From the sequence record SRR2962707_5588: a DNA stretch of 32,625 nt. The stretch is one strand, 5' to 3'. Below are positions 27,374 through 32,625 of this stretch, piece after piece (position 1 is the stretch's first letter; each line of letters begins with the position of its first letter). The notes under the pieces are model-generated. The model did not search any database and was not told where the DNA came from. It worked only from the letters and a program-made list of their open reading frames with translations. The position numbers and the translations under genes are program-made.

Positions 27374-28253
27374 GACAATGGCCAAGGCGCTTGGTGGCCG
27401 CAAGGTTGGACAAGGATGGACGGCGCGCTGCCCTGCCCATGACGACCGCGAGCCCAGCCTCTCCATCCGCGACGCTGACGGCAAGGTGTTGGTGCGCTGT
27501 CATGCCGGGTGCGACCAACGGGACGTAATCGCGGCCCTGAAGGCACGCGGACTGTGGGACGGCAAGGAGCGCTTGTCCCTCCCGAAACTGAGTCGCCGAA
27601 AGGTCTCGTCGCCGCGTCTCGATCCGAGCCAAGCGGAACGAAGTGCTGTCGCGCTTTCGATATGGCAATCCACGATCCCTGCCGACGGCACTCCGGTCGA
27701 CGCATATCTCGCGCTACGCGGCCTGACCTGTTCGCGGCCGCCATCGTTGCGCTTTCATTCGGGCCTGAAGCATCCTTCGGGCGGGATCTGGCCCTGCATG
27801 GTGGCGCTGGTGACGCGGGGCGCTGACGGCACGCCGCTGGCCATCCACCGCACATTCCTCGCCCGAAAGGGTCCGGGCAAGGCCCCGGTCGAACCTGCAA
27901 AGATGATGCTCGGTCCGTGTAGGAACGGTGCTGTTCGCTTGGGCGATCCCCGCGACGTGCTGATGATCGGCGAAGGCATCGAGACCTGTCTCGCGGCTAT
28001 GCAGACGACCGGACATCCGGCGTGGGCTGCGCTTTCCACCTCCGGGCTGCGGGCGCTCGATCTGCCAGATTGCGTGCGCGACGTGATCGTTCTGGCCGAT
28101 GGTGACGATCCCGGCGAAGCGGCCGCGCGTGACTGCGCCCTGCGCTGGATGCGGCAGGGGCGGCGGGTGCGCATCGCACGGCCGCCACGTGGTCTGGATT
28201 TCAACGATATGTTGCTCGGCCGCGCACCTGGCTTCGAGGAGGGCGCACAATGA
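27363..28253 (+). CDS. Primase (zinc-binding domain + Toprim)
   Basis: CPAHDDREPSL...CHAGC; IHRTFL; IGEGIET; LADGD; DFND; GAGGAGG RBS. Confidence 0.9.
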   Translation: MTAETMAKALGGRKVGQGWTARCPAHDDREPSLSIRDADGKVLVRCHAGCDQRDVIAALKARGLWDGKERLSLPKLSRRKVSSPRLDPSQAERSAVALSIWQSTIPADGTPVDAYLALRGLTCSRPPSLRFHSGLKHPSGGIWPCMVALVTRGADGTPLAIHRTFLARKGPGKAPVEPAKMMLGPCRNGAVRLGDPRDVLMIGEGIETCLAAMQTTGHPAWAALSTSGLRALDLPDCVRDVIVLADGDDPGEAAARDCALRWMRQGRRVRIARPPRGLDFNDMLLGRAPGFEEGAQ

Positions 28254-30211
28254 GTAGCGAGATTGAAGTTGAAGACCTGAACCCCATCCTCGACGCGATC
28301 GATGCGGCTGAAGAAATCCCTGATCCGCTTGACGGTCTGGTTGAGAAATCTGCCGAAGATCCCGGCGCGGCATTCACGCCTGAGGTTCTGGATCGGCTGG
28401 TCGCCCTCAAAGCGGAGGATCGCGCTTCATTCGAAGCCCTGCGCGCAAGGCTTAAGAAGGCCGGGTGCCGGGTGACGGCGCTCGACGAGGCCATGGCCGA
28501 GGAAAGCGGGGATGGTGGGCGCGGTCCGACGCAGGCTGACATCCTGATCGACCTCGCGGGCGCGGTCGACCTGTTCCATTCGGCGGACGGAACGGCCCTT
28601 GCCGACATCCTGATCAACGAACATCGCGAAACCTGGCCGGTGCGCACGAAAGGCTTCCGCCGCTGGCTGGCGCGGCAGTTCTACGAGCAAACCGGCGGCG
28701 CACCAAGCTCAGAGGCGCTGCAATCGGCGCTCAACGTGATCGAGGCGAAGGCGCATTTTGACGGACCGGAACGGCCGGTGTTCATTCGTGTCGGCGGTCT
28801 CGATGGGCGGCTCTACCTCGATCTCGGTGACGAGGCTTGGCGGGCGGTGGAAATAGACACCACAGGCTGGCGGGTGATCGACGAACCGCCCGTGCGATTC
28901 CGGCGTGCGGCGGGCATGCAGCCGCTGGCCGTCCCGGCACCCGGAGGATCAATTGAGGCATTGCGCTCCTTTCTTAACGTCCAGTCCGATCAAGATTTCG
29001 TCTTGGTGGTAGCCTGGGCGCTCGCTGTCCTGCGCAACAAGGGCCCCTATCCGGCGCTTGTGCTGTCGGGCGAGCAGGGTTCGGCGAAATCGACTTTCTC
29101 GGCAATATTGCGTTCACTGCTCGATCCCAACACCGCACCGTTGCGCGCCCTGCCGCGCGAGGACCGGGACCTGTTCATCGCCGCCAGCAACGGCCATGTG
29201 CTGGCCTTCGACAACGTATCGGGCCTGCCTGCGTGGATTTCGGACACGCTTTGCCGACTGGCCACCGGTGGCGGCTTTGCGGTGCGCCAGCTCTACACCG
29301 ACCAAGATGAGGTGCTGTTCGACGCCGCCCGCCCGGTGATCCTGAACGGGATTGAGGACATCGTGACCCGGCCTGACCTTGCCGACCGCGCGGTGTTCCT
29401 AACGCTTGAGCCAATCCCCGAAGAACGCCGTCGACCGGAGGCGGAATTGTGGTCGGCCTTCGAGGCGGAACGCGCGCGTCTCCTCGGCGTCCTGCTTGAT
29501 GCCGTGGTGGAGGGCTTGAAGCACCTTCCCCATACCCATCTGCCAAGGTTGCCGCGCATGGCCGACTTCGCATTGTGGGCTTCAGCCTGCGAGACCGCGA
29601 TCTGGCCTGCGGGCACATTCTGGTCGGCCTATTGCGGGAACAGGGACGAGGCCGTTGAGGGCGTGATCGACGCCGATCCGGTCGCAGCGGCGGTGCGCGC
29701 CGTGATGACGGAGCGGACGGTGTGGACGGGAACAGCCTCCGATCTTCTGGGCGCCCTTGGAGAAGCGGCGGGTGAACGTATCGCCAAATCCAAGACCTGG
29801 CCCGACAGTCCCCGCGCGCTTTCTGGACGACTGCGCCGCGCCGCCACCTTCCTGCGAAAGATCGGCATCGAGGTATCCTTCGAGCGCGAAGGCCGGGCGC
29901 GCACCCGTATCATCCGCATCACCGTCGCAGGTGCTGACCCGGTGCCAGAACGCGGCGGGGTACAACCGTCCGCACCGTCCGTACCGTCCGCGCCAAGGCC
30001 GAAATCCATTCCGGACAACGACTTCGCGGCACCTGACCCGCGGACGGTCGCCGACGATGCGGACGGTAGAGCGAGCGGGCCGGTCGATAGCGCCCGCGCC
30101 AACCCGTTGAAATCCAATGGTTGGACCGATGCGGACGATGCGGACGCAAACTGCGCTGTTCAATCCGAGCCGGAAAAAACAGAAGCCACCACCTGGAGGG
30201 CACGGCTATGA
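28250..30211 (+). CDS. P-loop ATPase, probable replicative helicase
   Basis: Walker A GEQGSAKS, LAFDNVS, RQLYTD, ILNGI, DLADR; ATGA coupling to the primase. Confidence 0.85.
   Translation: MSSEIEVEDLNPILDAIDAAEEIPDPLDGLVEKSAEDPGAAFTPEVLDRLVALKAEDRASFEALRARLKKAGCRVTALDEAMAEESGDGGRGPTQADILIDLAGAVDLFHSADGTALADILINEHRETWPVRTKGFRRWLARQFYEQTGGAPSSEALQSALNVIEAKAHFDGPERPVFIRVGGLDGRLYLDLGDEAWRAVEIDTTGWRVIDEPPVRFRRAAGMQPLAVPAPGGSIEALRSFLNVQSDQDFVLVVAWALAVLRNKGPYPALVLSGEQGSAKSTFSAILRSLLDPNTAPLRALPREDRDLFIAASNGHVLAFDNVSGLPAWISDTLCRLATGGGFAVRQLYTDQDEVLFDAARPVILNGIEDIVTRPDLADRAVFLTLEPIPEERRRPEAELWSAFEAERARLLGVLLDAVVEGLKHLPHTHLPRLPRMADFALWASACETAIWPAGTFWSAYCGNRDEAVEGVIDADPVAAAVRAVMTERTVWTGTASDLLGALGEAAGERIAKSKTWPDSPRALSGRLRRAATFLRKIGIEVSFEREGRARTRIIRITVAGADPVPERGGVQPSAPSVPSAPRPKSIPDNDFAAPDPRTVADDADGRASGPVDSARANPLKSNGWTDADDADANCAVQSEPEKTEATTWRARL
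29965..30147. repeat. Iteron-like array inside the ATPase 3' end (putative ori)
   Basis: ACCGTCCG x3 at 9-bp period (29965, 29974, 29983); inverted CGGACGGT at 30041 and 30060; GCGGACG at 30131 and 30140. Confidence 0.7.
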
Positions 30212-30714
30212 GTGCCGTGGAAGCCTTGCGGGCAGCCCGCGATGCCGGAATCGGCCTGCATGTGGATGGCGTTGATCTGGTTCTGGAAGCATCAGCGCCG
30301 CCGCCCGCTGCTGTCCTCGATCTGCTGACCCGCCACAAGGCGGCCCTGATCATGCTGTTGCAATTCGGCGATGACGGTTGGTCGGATGAGGATTGGCGTG
30401 CTCTTTACGATGAGCGCGCGGGCATCGCCGAGTTCGATGGTAGGCTGCCACGATCGGAGGCCGAGACCCTGGCTTTCGAATGCTGCGTGGTCGAATGGCT
30501 GAACCGCAGCTTCGAGCGCTCGCCGCCCGGCAGCTGCCTCGCTTGCGGTGGTGCCGATAGTGCCTATGACGGCCTACTGCCGCACGGCGTCGAGGCAACC
30601 GGCCATGTCTGGCTGCATTCGCGCTGCTGGCCTGCATGGTATGCGGGCAGGAAAGCCGACGCGGTCACGGCCCTCAAGGCCATGGGGATTCATTACAGGA
30701 GCAAAGAGATATGA
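30208..30714 (+). CDS. Hypothetical protein with a CxxC and His/Cys cluster
   Basis: ATGA overlap; YDERAGIAEFDGRLPRSEAE; CLACG...WLHSRC. Confidence 0.75.
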   Translation: MSAVEALRAARDAGIGLHVDGVDLVLEASAPPPAAVLDLLTRHKAALIMLLQFGDDGWSDEDWRALYDERAGIAEFDGRLPRSEAETLAFECCVVEWLNRSFERSPPGSCLACGGADSAYDGLLPHGVEATGHVWLHSRCWPAWYAGRKADAVTALKAMGIHYRSKEI

Positions 30715-31382
30715 CGAAGCGAAAGACGAAAAAGGCCAATGAACCGACGACCGTTGTCGCAAACGATCCGGAGGATCAGAAGGGCGCGCTCAAGACGATC
30801 GGCGGATCGCAATCGGACCATTGGAACAACACGCTGGCCAATCAGGCGGTGCAGGCGCTGTGGGTGAAGAACTCTAATGCGCAGGAGCGAGACCGCCAGC
30901 TGAGCGCCACCGTCGCCGGACTGGCCGGTATTGGCCCGAAGGATGAATTGGAGGGCATGATGGCGGCGCAGCTGATCGCGGCCCATAACGCCGCGATGGA
31001 ATGCTACCGCCGCGCCATGATCGGCGAGCAGACATTCGAGGGCCGACGCGAAAATCTGAATCAGGCGAATAAGCTGTCCCGCACGTGGGCGACGATGTTG
31101 GACGCACTGAACAAGCATCGCGGCAAGGGCCAGCAGAAGGTGACCGTCGAGCATGTGCACGTCCACGCAGGCGGTCAGGCCGTAGTCGGCACGGTCGAAC
31201 GGCCGGGGGGAGGGGATCAAACGAAAATGGAGGAACAACCCCATGCAAAGCAGATTGCCCATGCACCTGAGCCCGCGCTGTGGCGCGCGGACGCGGAAGG
31301 GCACGCTGTGCCGGTCCCCCGCGATGGCGAACGGTCGTTGCCGGATGCACGGGGGAAAGTCTCCGGGCGCACCGATCGGTAA
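30711..31382 (+). CDS. Hypothetical MGE protein
   Basis: ATGA overlap; PKDELEGMMAAQL...GQQKVTVEHVHVHAGGQAVVG. Confidence 0.8.
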   Translation: MTKRKTKKANEPTTVVANDPEDQKGALKTIGGSQSDHWNNTLANQAVQALWVKNSNAQERDRQLSATVAGLAGIGPKDELEGMMAAQLIAAHNAAMECYRRAMIGEQTFEGRRENLNQANKLSRTWATMLDALNKHRGKGQQKVTVEHVHVHAGGQAVVGTVERPGGGDQTKMEEQPHAKQIAHAPEPALWRADAEGHAVPVPRDGERSLPDARGKVSGRTDR

Positions 31383-31494
31383 TTCCAATGCGCAGAAACA
31401 TGGCCTCTACACAGCCGACGCCATCGCGGAGCGGCGAGAGATGGCGGGGCTGCTCCGCTCCATGCGTGCCATTATCGAAGAGGTGGAAGGATAG
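31243..31494 (+). CDS. HGGxSTG domain protein
   Basis: RCGARTRKGTLC...NGRCRMHGGKSPGAP.GN.NA.KHGLY; GGAGG RBS. Confidence 0.88.
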   Translation: MQSRLPMHLSPRCGARTRKGTLCRSPAMANGRCRMHGGKSPGAPIGNSNAQKHGLYTADAIAERREMAGLLRSMRAIIEEVEG

Positions 31495-31776
31495 GGTATC
31501 GGTCCGCGGAGTCCACTCGCGGTTACTTGCCGTGAATTCCGTATACGCGGAGTCCAGGCGCAAATTCAGGCCAGCGAGGCAGCGAAGATCGCATAAACTC
31601 GACGTTTGCAAGAGGAAGTTCGCGGTTCCTTCCTGGGCGCTTTCGTATGCTGGCGGGCGAAGCGCGGGACATCGCCAGCGGCTGGCTTCCTTTTTTGGGA
31701 ATCCACACGGACTCCGGAATCCATTGCGCGTTGGGCCAAAATGGCCAAAAGTAGATAATCATTGGTGGGAAGTCAC

Positions 31777-31965
31777 ATGCAAACCCTGAGCGCGAAAGAC
31801 GCGAAATACGGCTTCGGACGGTTGATCGACCTCGCTCGGGCCGAGCCGGTGGCGGTCGCCAAGCATGGACGCCCCGTCGTCGTGGTGATGGCGGTTGAGG
31901 AATATGAGCGGCTGAAGGCGCTGGACCAGCTCAAGAGCCCTAACGGGCAGGAGAAACAGACATGA
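31777..31965 (+). CDS. Phd/YefM family antitoxin (no adjacent toxin)
   Basis: LSAKDAKYGFGRLID...PVAVAKHGRPVVVVMAVEEYERL. Confidence 0.9.
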   Translation: MQTLSAKDAKYGFGRLIDLARAEPVAVAKHGRPVVVVMAVEEYERLKALDQLKSPNGQEKQT

Positions 31966-31996
31966 ACCGGACGATGGCAGGGGGCGGCTGACCAGC

Positions 31997-32625
31997 ATGG
32001 ACAAGCGAAGCCTCACCGAACGCGACATCTGCACCAAGTTCATCCTGCCCGCCGTCAAGCGCGCGGGCTGGGACGAGATGGTGCAGGTTCGGGAGGAGGT
32101 GTATTTTACCAAGGGCCGCATCATCGTGCGCGGCAAGCTGGTGACGCGCGGCAAGGCAAAGAAGGCCGACTTCGTTCTCTACTACAAGCCGAACATTCCG
32201 ATCGCGCTGATCGAGGCCAAGGACAACAAACATTCGGTCGGCGACGGGATGCAGCAAGCGCTCGACTACGCCGAAACTCTGAAGATCCCCTTTGTTTTCA
32301 GCTCGAACGGCGATGGCTTCGTATTCCATGATCGCACGGGCGCCAGCACGCCGCGCGAGTCGAACCTCGGTCTCGACGCTTTCCCGTCACCCGCTGATCT
32401 GTGGGCGCGCTTTCGCGCCTGGAAAGGGCTCGACACGAAAGCCGAGGAGATCGTTCTTCAAGACTACCACGACGACGGCAGCGGCAAGGAGCCGCGCTAC
32501 TATCAGGTCAACGCGGTCAACGCGGCGATCGAGGCGATCGCCAAGGGACAGGACCGTGTTCTTTTGGTGATGGCGACCGGCACGGGCAAGACCTACACCG
32601 CCTTCCAGATCATCTGGCGGCTGTG
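31997..32625 (+). CDS. hsdR: Type I restriction enzyme R subunit (EcoAI/EcoEI-like); partial, runs off the window and is absent from the ORF track
   Basis: Manual translation from ATG 31997: MDKRSLTERDICTKFILPA...ADFVL...IEAK...QQALDYA...SSNGDGF...PRYYQ...LVMATGTGKT. Confidence 0.93.
   Translation, partial: MDKRSLTERDICTKFILPAVKRAGWDEMVQVREEVYFTKGRIIVRGKLVTRGKAKKADFVLYYKPNIPIALIEAKDNKHSVGDGMQQALDYAETLKIPFVFSSNGDGFVFHDRTGASTPRESNLGLDAFPSPADLWARFRAWKGLDTKAEEIVLQDYHDDGSGKEPRYYQVNAVNAAIEAIAKGQDRVLLVMATGTGKTYTAFQIIWRL

Larger units (their letters stand above)
25250..32625 (+). mobile_element. Phage-satellite-like integrative element (regulation, replication and defence modules); boundaries approximate, runs off the window
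   Basis: Visible rise in GC; co-oriented XRE, ImmA, small ORFs, primase, ATPase, HGGxSTG gene, phd and hsdR; no capsid or tail genes seen. Confidence 0.7.

Noticed and set aside
25211-31513. 10-bp inverted match GACTCCGCGG / CCGCGGAGTC flanking the replication module
   Set aside because: Short, GC-rich and not extendable; plausible by chance.
25345-32570. Long antisense and alternate-frame ORFs (e.g. 25574-26458, 26971-27900, 30693-31388, 31940-32329)
   Set aside because: Shadow ORFs of well-supported GC-rich genes with no motifs of their own.
1-32625. CRISPR array or classical integron attC array
   Set aside because: No regularly spaced identical repeats, no cas or intI-like gene, and the junction motifs lack RYYYAAC/GTTRRRY ends.

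Overview
A mosaic of accessory DNA, probably from a Rhodobacteraceae/Roseobacter-group alphaproteobacterium (inferred from gene content and the tRNA-Glu 3' end). It has five parts. (1) 1-10300 is the right part of an integrative element. It ends in a 17-bp copy of a tRNA-Glu 3' end (attR-like, 10284-10300) beside a tyrosine integrase broken by one in-frame TAG. Its cargo is a Crp/Fnr regulator with a His-rich exported protein, a merR-merF-GDCCVxC unit, a CueR-box-led operon (cytochrome c, copC, copD, multicopper oxidase, cytochrome c) and a TPR protein. (2) 11016-20647 is an uncharacterised uptake/catabolic locus: Liv-type ABC transporter, Tm-1-like (UPF0261) protein, TIM-barrel (PEP-hydrolase-like) protein and SRPBCC protein. 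It is divergent from two further TIM-barrel paralogues, one fused to a GAFTGA-less NtrC-type activator. (3) An 835-bp internally deleted IS66. (4) A LysR / MDR oxidoreductase / SMP-30 lactonase unit. (5) From about 25250 to the end, a visibly more GC-rich satellite-like element with an XRE + ImmA/IrrE switch, primase, ATPase/helicase with internal iteron-like repeats, an HGGxSTG gene, a solo Phd antitoxin and a type I hsdR that runs off the window. A degenerate ~30-bp palindromic motif recurs at most cargo-module junctions. All family calls come from motif recognition by eye; no database searches were run.
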